This document shows, piece by piece, positions 1 to 9,560 of a stretch of DNA of 64,000 nt. Position numbers and translations under genes: made by a program. The notes below the pieces were generated by a model. The model saw nothing but the letters and a program-made list of their open reading frames with translations. It was not told where the DNA came from and ran no database searches. Numbering within the stretch: the stretch's first letter is position 1; every line of letters starts with the position of its first letter. This DNA is from Myxococcota bacterium (GTDB taxonomy: Bacteria; Myxococcota_A; UBA796; UBA2385), in contig JBIJDH010000005.1 in the NCBI GenBank assembly GCA_044344255.1, positions 96,001-160,000 of the forward strand. Reading direction: 5' to 3'.

Positions 1-198
1 CAGGGTGAAGGGCTCGGCGGGCGGCGAGATCAGCACCATCCCGGTCGGACAGGGCCCGGGGGCGAGGGAGGCCACGCCTGCGACGGGGTTCGCGGGGCTC
101 GCGGGTGGAGACGGCTCCTGCCCGCAGGCGACCCCGAGGAGCAGGGCTGGGCCGGAGACCGAGCGGGGGAGATGGCGCGGGGCGGGCGTGACGCTCAC
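1..198 (-). CDS. Partial (5' end only) lipoprotein, probably formylglycine-generating enzyme/SUMF1-like domain
   Basis: Hand translation from GTG at 198 (overlaps the stop of the upstream gene): VSVTPAPRH...ALLLGVAC (lipobox)...CPTGMVLISPPAEPFTL. The CPxGMVxI..F pattern typically opens FGE-sulfatase domains. Runs off the window edge. Confidence 0.5.
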   Translation of the reverse strand, partial: MSVTPAPRHLPRSVSGPALLLGVACGQEPSPPASPANPVAGVASLAPGPCPTGMVLISPPAEPFTL

Positions 199-1010
199 GG
201 TCGATCGCCCCAGAGCGGGCCCTTCCAGGAGAGGCCGAGCCCGAGGTTGGGGGCGGCGGCGTTCGACTGGACGTAGATCCCGCCGCCCAGGCTGCCGACG
301 AGGGAGAGCCGCTCGGTGCAAGCGTAGGCGAGGTCGATGTTGAGGCCGACGTAGCGGGTCTTGGCCCGCCCGGAGACCTCGATGACCTCGATCGGGCCGG
401 GGGGCAGCCAGGCCGAGAAGGTGGAGGCGAGCATGAGCCGCTCCGTCGGGTGGCCGCCCACCTGGAGGTTGGCCATCACGGCCGGGTCGAGCTCGTTGCC
501 CCAGAAGCCGGCGGTGCCCACGGTGCCCACCGCCCAGAGGCCGCCGAAGGAGCGCCCCACCTGCAGCTCGGCCTCGCCGCGGAGGCCGCGCAGCGCCGGT
601 CGCCAGGTCCAGCTTCGGCCCTCGATCTCTCCAGCGGCCAGCTCCGGTGCTCCGGGGGTGCCCCCGCCGCGGAGCTCGACGGCCACGCGGGTGCGGCCGG
701 TGGTGATGGCCTGCCGCAGCCCGATGAGCGAGGTGCCGGAGTAGAGCGCTCGCTCTCCTTCGAAGCTCGACCAGGCGACGGGGGCGCTGGAGACGACGGC
801 GGTGAGGCGGTCGCCGAGGCCGAGCTCTCCGTAGACGTGGAGGGCGTGGTCCTGGTAGCGGCCGGGGAGCTCGACGATGTGCCCGTCTTCGAGGGTGGTG
901 CGGGTGCCGACGAGGCTCTGATCCCAGACCTTCGTATAGGCCTCGCCCGCCGGCAGGGTCCAGGCGGCGGCGCCGACCGGAGCGGCGAGCAGGAGCAGGA
1001 GCATCGGCAC
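195..1010 (-). CDS. Exported hypothetical protein, probable outer-membrane beta-barrel
   Basis: Signal peptide MLLLLLAAPVGAAA; alternating amphipathic beta-strands ending in NLGLGLSW. Confidence 0.6.
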   Translation of the reverse strand: MPMLLLLLAAPVGAAAWTLPAGEAYTKVWDQSLVGTRTTLEDGHIVELPGRYQDHALHVYGELGLGDRLTAVVSSAPVAWSSFEGERALYSGTSLIGLRQAITTGRTRVAVELRGGGTPGAPELAAGEIEGRSWTWRPALRGLRGEAELQVGRSFGGLWAVGTVGTAGFWGNELDPAVMANLQVGGHPTERLMLASTFSAWLPPGPIEVIEVSGRAKTRYVGLNIDLAYACTERLSLVGSLGGGIYVQSNAAAPNLGLGLSWKGPLWGDRP

Positions 1011-1028
1011 CTCGGGCCCGCTCCGGGT

Positions 1029-1481
1029 CTACTCGAGCACCACCGCGGGCTCGCCCATCATCACCCGGTTTGGCTCCGTGGCCACGTCGCCCATGATCTC
1101 GCGGACCGGCGCCGTCTCCTCGGAGAAGATGGCCGAGGGGAGGGCGCAGGGCGCCTCGGTGGCGCTGGCCGTGGCCACTGTCAGCGGCTCGTAGCCGGTG
1201 GCCTGCCGGAGGCCCGCGGCGGCGACCAGGGCCCCCGCCACCACGAAGCCAGCGAGCGCGGGCCGGAAGACGGGCTCGTCCCGCTCGTCGACCTCCACGC
1301 GCACACAGATCGGGGCCTTGTTCTCGCCGAGGAAGGCCTCGGCTTCGGCCCGAGACATGCTGGAGAGGTTCGTGACGTGCTTGTCGCAAGCCGCACAGTA
1401 TCGCTGCCGATCGTCACCGAGCAGCTTCTCCCAGCGGAGGGGACACTCAAAGGCGAGGCGGAAGGTGTGGTCGAGGCGCAT
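1029..1481 (-). CDS. Hypothetical protein with N-terminal Cys-rich putative metal-binding domain and one TM segment
   Basis: MRLDHTFRLAFECPLRWEKLLGDDRQRYCAACDKHVTNLS...PICVR (CxxxW...CxxC...C), then a hydrophobic stretch; ATG at 1481 preferred over the longer ORF start. Confidence 0.7.
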   Translation of the reverse strand: MRLDHTFRLAFECPLRWEKLLGDDRQRYCAACDKHVTNLSSMSRAEAEAFLGENKAPICVRVEVDERDEPVFRPALAGFVVAGALVAAAGLRQATGYEPLTVATASATEAPCALPSAIFSEETAPVREIMGDVATEPNRVMMGEPAVVLE

Positions 1482-1610
1482 GTCCAGCTCCGGTGTCGCG
1501 CTGGAACGAGCGGAGGGGCTCGGCCTTACAGCGCGGCCGCGAGCGACGAGGGCGAGTGCCTTGACAAGCTCCTGGCAATGTGGGAGCAAGGCACACCGCA
1601 AGAGGTCTCG

Positions 1611-4600
1611 ATGCGTCGGTTTGATCGTCCTTCACCCGTCTGGTCGGTCGGGGCCCGCCGACTGTCTCCAGTCTTCCTCGCGCTCTGGACCGGCGCTTGC
1701 GCAGGGCCAGAGGCCATCGAGGGCGAGGTCGGCGCCGAGCTCGCGGTGGAGCCCGGGGCGGATCCCGCGGTTGAGCCCTCCGAGGCCGCGACCGCGCTCG
1801 GGGGCGCAGACTGGTGGGCGGAGGTCTCGGCGCGCATCGACGCCGGCTCGCGGGCCTTCCTGCCCGACGCGGAGGGCCGCTTCCGGTCCAGCCGCCCGGG
1901 CGCGACGGCGACCCTCGACGCGGAGGGGCTCCACGCCGCCACCGGCGCCGGCGGGGGGCTCCGGCTCGCCCTCTCGGGCCTCGGTCGTGGCGCGACCACC
2001 GGCGCGGCCCTGTCTGCCGCCTCTCCCGGAGAGGGGCCGGCCCTCGGGGCCTGCGCCGAGGCGGTCGACCCGAGCGGGGCGTGCGTCCGGCGGGTCGAGG
2101 TGGCACGGAAGCCCGGCGGTGTGGGCTTGACCGAGTGGTGGTTGGCCACCCGGGAGGGCTTCGAGCAGGGCTTCGTCGTCGACGCCTCCCCCTCGGGCTC
2201 GGGCCCGCTGCGCCTCGCGGTCGGCGTCGAGGGTGCCACCGCGGAGCTCGACGGTGAGGCGGTCGCCCTCGTCGAGGCGGGCGGCCCCACCTGGCGCTAC
2301 GAAGGCCTGCGCGCCTGGGACGCCGACGGTCGGGCGCTCCCCGCGTCCTTTGAGCTGGCGGAGGGCCAGATCCACATCGTGGTCGATGACCGGGGCGCGC
2401 GCTGGCCCGTGGAGATCGACCCCGTGCTGAGCTCGGGCACCACCCTCTCGGGGGCCACGGTGTCCGGCCTCGGGGCCTCGGTCGCCGGGGCGGGAGACGT
2501 CAACAACGACGGATACGACGACGTCATCGTCGGGGCGCCCGAGGACAACAGCGGCATCGGGCGGGCGTACATCTACCTCGGCGGCGCGACGGGCCCGGCG
2601 CGGGTGGCCTCCTCCACGCTCTCCGGCTCGAGCGCAGGGATGGCCTTCGGCACGGCCGTGGACGGGGCGGGGGATGTCAACGCCGACGGCTACGACGATG
2701 TCGTCGTCGGGGCGCCGCTGGCCAGCACCTCGAAGGGCCAGGTCTTCACCTTCCACGGCGGGTCGAGCGGCCTCTCGACCACCGCGGCCCGCACGCTCAC
2801 CGGCTCGGCGGCCACGGAGAAGTGCGGCAGCGCCGTCTCCTCGGCGGGGGACTACAACAACGACGGGTACGGCGACATCGTCTACGGCTGTCCGGGCTAC
2901 TCCACTGGCGCGGGCCGCGCCTACATGTTCAAGGGCTCTGCGTCGGGCATCGGGGCGTCGAGCGACTTCAGCGTGACCGGCTCGACCTCCTACTCCACCG
3001 GTCGGACCGTGTCCGGCGGGGGAGACCTCACCGGCGACGCCTACGATGATGTGCTGGTGGGCGCCTACGGGTATGCGACCTCGAAGGGGCGTGTGTACCT
3101 GTATCCGGGCTCGGCCGCCGGCCTCGCTGGGGCCACGCGCCTGACGCTCAGCGGCACCGTCAACAACGAGAAGTTCGGCTACTCCCTGGCCCACCTCGGA
3201 GACACGAACGGGGACACCTACGGTGACTTCGCGGTCGGCTCGCCCGGCGGGGGCTCCGGGGCGGGGAAGGTCTATATCTTCCATGGCGCGGTGGGCGGCA
3301 CAACCGCCACCGCCCCCTCGGGCGCCAACGTGACGGTCACGGGGTCGAGCGCGACGGACGCGATCGGCGACTCTGTGGTGGGCGTGGGGGACGTGAACGG
3401 AGACACCTACTCCGATCTGGTCTACACGAGCATCACGGCCGCGAGCGGCGCCGGCTTCGGCAAGCTCCACCTGGGCAGCAGCACGGGGATCTCCTCCACC
3501 GCAGCGCTCTCGGTCGCGGGTGCCGCGGCCTCGGATCAAGAGGGCTTCGCCGCGGCCGGGCTCGGTGACACCAACAACGATGGCTACGCCGATCTCGCGA
3601 TCAGCCGCTACCTGAGCAGCGCGCCGGGCAGCGCGCGGGTGCAGGTCTTCCTCGGCGCGGCCACCGGCCCCTCCTCGACCCCCAGCTTGAGCTGGAGCGG
3701 CGCTGCCGACAGCACCGGCACCTCGGTCGCCCTCATCGGCGACGCCGACAACGACGGCTTCGACGAGGTCGCGGTCGGCGCCCCCGCCTATGGGGACTCC
3801 ACAGGCCGGGTCTTCATCTTCGAGGGTAGCGGCGCCGGTCTGTCCACGACCGCCTCTGTCACCCTCGCGGGCCTCACTGTGGGTGAGTCGTTCGGCGCCG
3901 CGGTCTGTCGGGCCGGCGACATGAACAAGGATGGTTACGATGACATCTCGGTGGGCTCGCCGACCGCCTCGAGCTCGGCGGGGAAGGCCTATGTGTTCAC
4001 GGGCGCGTCGACCGGCCTCTCGGCGAGCCGATACCAGACCCTGAGCGGTGACACCGGCAGCACCTTCGGCGCCGCGCTCTCCGGCGGGGGGGATGTCAAC
4101 GGCGACGGCTTCGACGATCTCGTCGTCGGCGGGCCCACCTACAACAGCTCCGCCGGTCGGGCCTGGGTCTACCACGGGGTCAGCACGGGGGTCTCGGCCA
4201 CCGCCGCCCGCACCCTCGACGGCGCCACCGCCGGCGACCTGTACGGGACCGCCGTGGCCACCGGCGGCGACCCCAACAAGGACGGCTATGACGACGTCCT
4301 CGTCGGGGCCTATCGATATGGCGCCACCACCCGCGGGCGGGTCTACGCCTACCAGGGCAGCGGCTCCGGGATCGGCGCCTCGGCCAGTCAGACCCTCGAC
4401 GGCAGCACCTTCAGCCAGGGCTTCGGCAAGTCGCTCGCCCTCGTGGGCGACGTGAACGGTGACACCTACGACGACGTGCTGATTGGCTCTCCCACGCTCT
4501 CGACTCGAACGGGGAGGGTCACGCTCTACCTCGGAGGCCTCATCAGCCTCTCCGCTTCGACGTCGCTCAACGGCACGGCGATCAACACCTCCTTCGGGTC

Positions 4601-7600
4601 GGCCGTGTCGGGGGCGGGAGACCTCAACCAGGACGGCTACGCCGACGTCATCGTCGGGGCCCCCGGGGTGAGCGCGAGCGCGGGGGAGGTCACCGTCTAC
4701 CACGGCACCGCCTCCGGCCTCGACAGCACGGCGGCCACCACCCTCTCGGGCAGCGCCGCCTCGGACGCCCTCGGCACGAGCGTCGGTGGCGGCGGTGACC
4801 TGAACGGGGACACCTATGATGACGTGATCCTGGGCGCCCCCGGTGTCTCATCGTCCTCCGGGGCGGCCTACGTCCACCTCGGCTATGCCGAAGACTCCGA
4901 CAGTGACGGTTACCGGGTCGACGTGGACTGTGACGACCACGACGCGGCGATCCACCCCGGCGCCACCGAGGTCTGCGACGCCCTCGACACCGACGAGGAC
5001 TGCTCGGGCGCCGCCGACGACCTCGACAGCGGCACCTCCGTTGCCACCAAGACGGTGTGGTACTTCGACGGAGACGGTGACACCTACGGCGGGACCGTCT
5101 CGCTCACCCTCTGCAACCAGCCGCCGAGCTACCTCACCACCACCGGGGACTGTGACGACACGGTCGCGGCGGTCAACCCCGCCGCCGCCGAGGTCTGCGA
5201 CAGCGCCAACACCGACGAGGACTGCGACGGGCTCGCCGACAACGCGGACAGCTCCGCCGACAGCGCCGGCATGACGGCCTATTACACCGACGCCGACGGC
5301 GATGGGTACGGGAGCGCCACGGCCAGCCTCTATTGTGACCTCCCCGCCGGCCACGCCGCGGTGGGCACCGACTGTGACGACACCACGGCGGCCCGCAGCC
5401 CCGGCAACATCGAGGTCTGTGACGCCATGAACCTCGATGAGGACTGTGATCTCGTCGCGGACGACGCGGATAGCAGCGTGAGCGCCGCCACGCGGAGCAC
5501 CTGGTACCAGGACAGCGACGGGGACAGCTACGGCACCAGCGTCACCACCTCTACCTGCGATCTCCCTTCGGGCTACGCCGCCGCCACCGGCGACTGCGAC
5601 GACGGCGCGCCGGCCGTCCACCCGGGGGCCACCGAGGTTTGTGACGCCGCCGACACCGACGAAGACTGTGATGGGTCGGCCGACAACAGCGACAGCTCGG
5701 CCCTCTCTTCGACGAAGACCACCTGGTATCGGGACGTGGATGCCGATGGGTATGGCGACAGCGCCTCCACCACCACCACGTGCGACCGGCCGACCGGCTA
5801 CGCCGCGGTGGGCGCCGACTGTGATGACACGACGAGCGCGCGCAGCCCGGGTAACCCCGAGGTCTGTGACGCTGGGAACGTGGATGAGGACTGCGATGCC
5901 CTCGCCGACGACGCAGACAGCAGCGCCTCCACCGCCACCAAGTCTACCTATCACCTCGACAGTGACGGGGACGGCTACGGCGGGACGACCAGCGGGCTTT
6001 ATTGTGACCTTCCCATCGGCTATTCGGTCGTCGCGACAGACTGTGACGACAGCACTGCGGTGCGGAGCCCCGGCAACGCCGAGGTGTGTGACGCCGGCAA
6101 CGTCGATGAAGACTGCGACCTCGCGGCCGACGACGCCGACGCCAGCGCCAGCGTGGCGACGATGACCACCTTCTACGTCGACGGCGATGGGGACAGCTAC
6201 GGCACGTCGGTGACCGGTGTCTATTGTGATCGTCCGAGCGGCTACGCGGCCCTGTCTGGGGATTGCGCCGACACCGTCGCCGCCATCAACCCCGCCGCCA
6301 CCGAGGTCTGTGACGCCGCCGACACCGACGAGGACTGCGACGGGACCGCCGACAACGCCGACAGCTCGGCCTCCCTCGGCACCCGCACCACCTACACCGT
6401 GGACAGCGACGGCGACGGCTACGGCGGCAGCACCACCGCGGCCTGGTGTGACCTCCCGTCCGGCTACTCGGTCACGGGCGGGGACTGTGACGACGGCGCG
6501 GTCGCGGTCAACCCGGGCGCCACCGAGGTCTGTGACGCCGCCGACACCGATGAGGACTGCGACGGCGCGGCCGACAACGCCGACAGCTCGGCCAGCGGGG
6601 CGACGAAGTCGAGCTTCTACCTGGATGGTGACGGTGATGGGTATGGCGCGGGCGCGGCGGTGGCCTGGTGTGATCTCCCGGCTGGCTACGCTTCGCTGAG
6701 CGGGGACTGCGCGGACAGCGCCGCCGCGGTCCACCCCGGCGCCCAGGAGGTCTGCGACGCGACCGATACGGACGAGGACTGCGACGGCACCGCGGACAAC
6801 GCCGACAGCTCGGCCTCGGCCGCCACGAAGACCACCTACTACGCGGACGCGGACGGCGACGGCTACGGCAGCACGAGCGCGCTCGCCTTCTGTGACCTCC
6901 CCTCCGGCTACGCCGCGGTCAGCGGGGACTGCGCAGACAGCGCCGCCGCCATCAACCCGGCCGCCACTGAGGTCTGCGACGCCGGCGAGACCGACGAGGA
7001 CTGCGACGGCGTCGCCGACAACGCCGACAGCAGCGCCAGCGAGGCCACCAAGACGACCTACTACGTCGATTCGGACGGTGACACCTACGGCACAGCGGTC
7101 ACCGGGCGCGCCTGCGACCTCCCCTCTGGCTACGCCGCGGTGAGCGGAGACTGTGACGACACGACCTCCACGGTCAGCCCGGGGGTGGTCGAGCAGTGTG
7201 ACGTCGCCAATGTGGATGAAGACTGCGACGGGCTCGCGGACAACGCCGACACCTCGGCCAGCCTCGCCTCCAAGTCCAGCTACTACCGCGACGGCGACGG
7301 CGACAGCTTCGGCGGCAGCGCCCTCGCGCTCTTCTGTGACCTGCCCGTCGGCTATGCCGCCACCAGCACCGACTGTGAGGACGCAGACGCCGCCGTCTTC
7401 CCGGGGGCCGTCGAGGCCGCCGGCGACAGCGTGGACCAGGACTGCGACGGCCTCGAGCTCTGCTATGTGGACGCCGACGAAGACGGCTACCGGGTGGAGG
7501 ACACCGAGCTGTCCGTCGCCCTCGACTGCGCGGTGGCCGGCCTCGCCCTCGAGGCCCTCCCGGGCGGGGACTGCGACGACACCGACACCGCCTACAACCC

Positions 7601-9437
7601 CGGTGCGGTCGAGGCTGACTGCGCCGATCCCAGTGACTACAACTGTGATGGGTCGGTCGGCTACGCCGACGTGGACGGAGACGGTTGGGCCGCTTGTTCG
7701 GAGTGTGACGACACCGACGCCGCCGTGAACCCCGACGCCACAGAGCGCTGCGACGAGGCCGGGGTGGATGAGGACTGTGACACCCTCATCGACGACGCCG
7801 ACCCTTCGGTCGACACGACGACCTTCGGTACCTTCTACGCCGATGGGGACGGGGACGGCTTCTCCGGGCCGACCGCGGCCCTCTCCTGCGACGCGCCGGC
7901 CGGCTACGCGGCCGAGGTCACGGACTGCGACGACGCCGACCCTGCGGTGAACCCGGGCATGGTGGAGGTCTGCGATGGGGCCGAGCTCGACGAGGACTGC
8001 AGCGGCCTCGCCGATGACGCCGATCCCGCCGTCGACATCGCCACCTACTCAACCTTCTACGCCGACGCCGACGCCGACGGCTACGGCGGCCTCACCTCGG
8101 TCTACGCCTGCGACGCGCTCACCGGCTACGTGACCGGCTCGACCGACTGTGACGATCTCCGCGCCGACGTGAACCTGGGCGCCCTCGAGCGCTGCGACGC
8201 GGACGACACGGATGAGGACTGCGACGGGCTCGCCGACGACCTCGACGGCTCCGTCTCCGCCGCCACCTTCGGCACCTTCTACGCCGACGGCGACGCCGAT
8301 GGTTACGGCGACCCCTCAGTCCCCCTGCTCGCCTGCGACCCCAGCGAGGCCGCGGTGGACGACGACACCGACTGCGATGACCTCGATCCCGACGTCAACC
8401 CCGGCGCGGAGGACCTCGTCGGCGACGGCCTCGACACCGACTGCGACGGGGTGGAGAGCTGCTACGCCGACGTGGACGGGGACGGCTGGCGCACCGACGA
8501 GGCGGTCGACTCGCTCGACCTCGACTGCGGCGACGTGGGTGAGGCCCTCGAGGTGGCGCCGGGCGGCGACTGTCAGGACGACGACGCCGACTTCCATCCC
8601 GGCGCCCTCGAGGAGGACTGCCTCGATCCCGCCGACTACAACTGCGACGGATCGGTGGGCTACGCCGACCTGGACGGCGACGGCTTCGCGGCCTGCGAGG
8701 AGTGTGACGACGGCCTCTTCGACGTCAACCCGGACGCGGCGGAGGTCTGCGATGGGCTTGACAACAACTGTGATCTCTCCACCGACGGCGCCGACGCCGC
8801 GGGCGCGGTCGACTGGTACGCAGACCTCGATGAGGACGGCTTCTCGAGCGAGCTCGACGTCGTGACGGCCTGCGAGGCCCCCGAGGGCTACGGGCCCTCC
8901 TCTGACCTCGACGACTGCGACGATGAGGACGCGCTCGTCAACCCGGACGCGACCGAGGGAGTGGATGACGAGCTCGACCAGGACTGCGACGGCGAGGAGC
9001 TCTGCTATTTGGACCAGGACGGAGACGGCTACCGGCCCGACGCGGTTAGCACGGTCACCAGCGTGGACCTCCTCTGTGACGAGCCCGGCGAGGCCCAGGC
9101 CGAGGAGCCCACCGGCGACTGCGACGACGAAGACGCGAGCGCCTACCCGGGGGCCCCCGAGGTGGCGGGTGACGCCGTCGATCAGGACTGCGACGGCGAG
9201 GACCTCCCCGCGGACAGCGGTCAGAACGGCGAGGACTCCGGCGGCTCGGACGGCAGCGACGGCCTCAGCGATGGGGACGGTGGCGGCGACGGGGGCGACA
9301 ACGGGGAGGAGCCTGGGAAGGGCTGCGGCTGCGCCTCGGCACCTGCGGGCCGGTCGGCCGGAATGCTCCTCAGCCTCGCGCTGGGCGTCGCGCTCCTCCT
9401 TCGGCGGCGTCCGGCCCGGGGGGTCAAGGCGGCCTGA
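1611..9437 (+). CDS. Giant surface protein: lipobox, N-terminal beta domain, 14 FG-GAP repeats, ~21 Cys/Asp-rich MopE-like metal-binding repeats, MYXO-CTERM
   Basis: ATG 1611 (MRRFDR...LWTGAC); 14 GDxNxDGYxD/GAP motifs; DCDD...PGAxExCDxxDxDCDG repeats; C-terminus KGCGC-hydrophobic helix-RRR. Confidence 0.9.
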   Translation: MRRFDRPSPVWSVGARRLSPVFLALWTGACAGPEAIEGEVGAELAVEPGADPAVEPSEAATALGGADWWAEVSARIDAGSRAFLPDAEGRFRSSRPGATATLDAEGLHAATGAGGGLRLALSGLGRGATTGAALSAASPGEGPALGACAEAVDPSGACVRRVEVARKPGGVGLTEWWLATREGFEQGFVVDASPSGSGPLRLAVGVEGATAELDGEAVALVEAGGPTWRYEGLRAWDADGRALPASFELAEGQIHIVVDDRGARWPVEIDPVLSSGTTLSGATVSGLGASVAGAGDVNNDGYDDVIVGAPEDNSGIGRAYIYLGGATGPARVASSTLSGSSAGMAFGTAVDGAGDVNADGYDDVVVGAPLASTSKGQVFTFHGGSSGLSTTAARTLTGSAATEKCGSAVSSAGDYNNDGYGDIVYGCPGYSTGAGRAYMFKGSASGIGASSDFSVTGSTSYSTGRTVSGGGDLTGDAYDDVLVGAYGYATSKGRVYLYPGSAAGLAGATRLTLSGTVNNEKFGYSLAHLGDTNGDTYGDFAVGSPGGGSGAGKVYIFHGAVGGTTATAPSGANVTVTGSSATDAIGDSVVGVGDVNGDTYSDLVYTSITAASGAGFGKLHLGSSTGISSTAALSVAGAAASDQEGFAAAGLGDTNNDGYADLAISRYLSSAPGSARVQVFLGAATGPSSTPSLSWSGAADSTGTSVALIGDADNDGFDEVAVGAPAYGDSTGRVFIFEGSGAGLSTTASVTLAGLTVGESFGAAVCRAGDMNKDGYDDISVGSPTASSSAGKAYVFTGASTGLSASRYQTLSGDTGSTFGAALSGGGDVNGDGFDDLVVGGPTYNSSAGRAWVYHGVSTGVSATAARTLDGATAGDLYGTAVATGGDPNKDGYDDVLVGAYRYGATTRGRVYAYQGSGSGIGASASQTLDGSTFSQGFGKSLALVGDVNGDTYDDVLIGSPTLSTRTGRVTLYLGGLISLSASTSLNGTAINTSFGSAVSGAGDLNQDGYADVIVGAPGVSASAGEVTVYHGTASGLDSTAATTLSGSAASDALGTSVGGGGDLNGDTYDDVILGAPGVSSSSGAAYVHLGYAEDSDSDGYRVDVDCDDHDAAIHPGATEVCDALDTDEDCSGAADDLDSGTSVATKTVWYFDGDGDTYGGTVSLTLCNQPPSYLTTTGDCDDTVAAVNPAAAEVCDSANTDEDCDGLADNADSSADSAGMTAYYTDADGDGYGSATASLYCDLPAGHAAVGTDCDDTTAARSPGNIEVCDAMNLDEDCDLVADDADSSVSAATRSTWYQDSDGDSYGTSVTTSTCDLPSGYAAATGDCDDGAPAVHPGATEVCDAADTDEDCDGSADNSDSSALSSTKTTWYRDVDADGYGDSASTTTTCDRPTGYAAVGADCDDTTSARSPGNPEVCDAGNVDEDCDALADDADSSASTATKSTYHLDSDGDGYGGTTSGLYCDLPIGYSVVATDCDDSTAVRSPGNAEVCDAGNVDEDCDLAADDADASASVATMTTFYVDGDGDSYGTSVTGVYCDRPSGYAALSGDCADTVAAINPAATEVCDAADTDEDCDGTADNADSSASLGTRTTYTVDSDGDGYGGSTTAAWCDLPSGYSVTGGDCDDGAVAVNPGATEVCDAADTDEDCDGAADNADSSASGATKSSFYLDGDGDGYGAGAAVAWCDLPAGYASLSGDCADSAAAVHPGAQEVCDATDTDEDCDGTADNADSSASAATKTTYYADADGDGYGSTSALAFCDLPSGYAAVSGDCADSAAAINPAATEVCDAGETDEDCDGVADNADSSASEATKTTYYVDSDGDTYGTAVTGRACDLPSGYAAVSGDCDDTTSTVSPGVVEQCDVANVDEDCDGLADNADTSASLASKSSYYRDGDGDSFGGSALALFCDLPVGYAATSTDCEDADAAVFPGAVEAAGDSVDQDCDGLELCYVDADEDGYRVEDTELSVALDCAVAGLALEALPGGDCDDTDTAYNPGAVEADCADPSDYNCDGSVGYADVDGDGWAACSECDDTDAAVNPDATERCDEAGVDEDCDTLIDDADPSVDTTTFGTFYADGDGDGFSGPTAALSCDAPAGYAAEVTDCDDADPAVNPGMVEVCDGAELDEDCSGLADDADPAVDIATYSTFYADADADGYGGLTSVYACDALTGYVTGSTDCDDLRADVNLGALERCDADDTDEDCDGLADDLDGSVSAATFGTFYADGDADGYGDPSVPLLACDPSEAAVDDDTDCDDLDPDVNPGAEDLVGDGLDTDCDGVESCYADVDGDGWRTDEAVDSLDLDCGDVGEALEVAPGGDCQDDDADFHPGALEEDCLDPADYNCDGSVGYADLDGDGFAACEECDDGLFDVNPDAAEVCDGLDNNCDLSTDGADAAGAVDWYADLDEDGFSSELDVVTACEAPEGYGPSSDLDDCDDEDALVNPDATEGVDDELDQDCDGEELCYLDQDGDGYRPDAVSTVTSVDLLCDEPGEAQAEEPTGDCDDEDASAYPGAPEVAGDAVDQDCDGEDLPADSGQNGEDSGGSDGSDGLSDGDGGGDGGDNGEEPGKGCGCASAPAGRSAGMLLSLALGVALLLRRRPARGVKAA
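4900..9210 (+). repeat. Intragenic degenerate tandem repeat, ~222-bp (74-aa) Cys/Asp-rich units
   Basis: Recurrent GACGAGGACTGCGACGG cores at roughly 222-bp spacing in the regular part of the array. Confidence 0.85.
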
Positions 9438-9560
9438 GGGCGGAGCAGATGGCGCGTGGAACGCCGCTCGGTGACCGTCGGGTGACGGGACTGTGCGCAC
9501 GGGCCCTGCCTTGCCGGGCTGCGGTTCCACGGGTAGGCTGGGCGCTCCCCGGGAGCCCCC

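Noticed and set aside
450..1610. N-terminal 387 aa of the 2995-aa ORF
   Set aside because: It is the antisense shadow of two real minus-strand genes; a signal peptide begins at ATG 1611.
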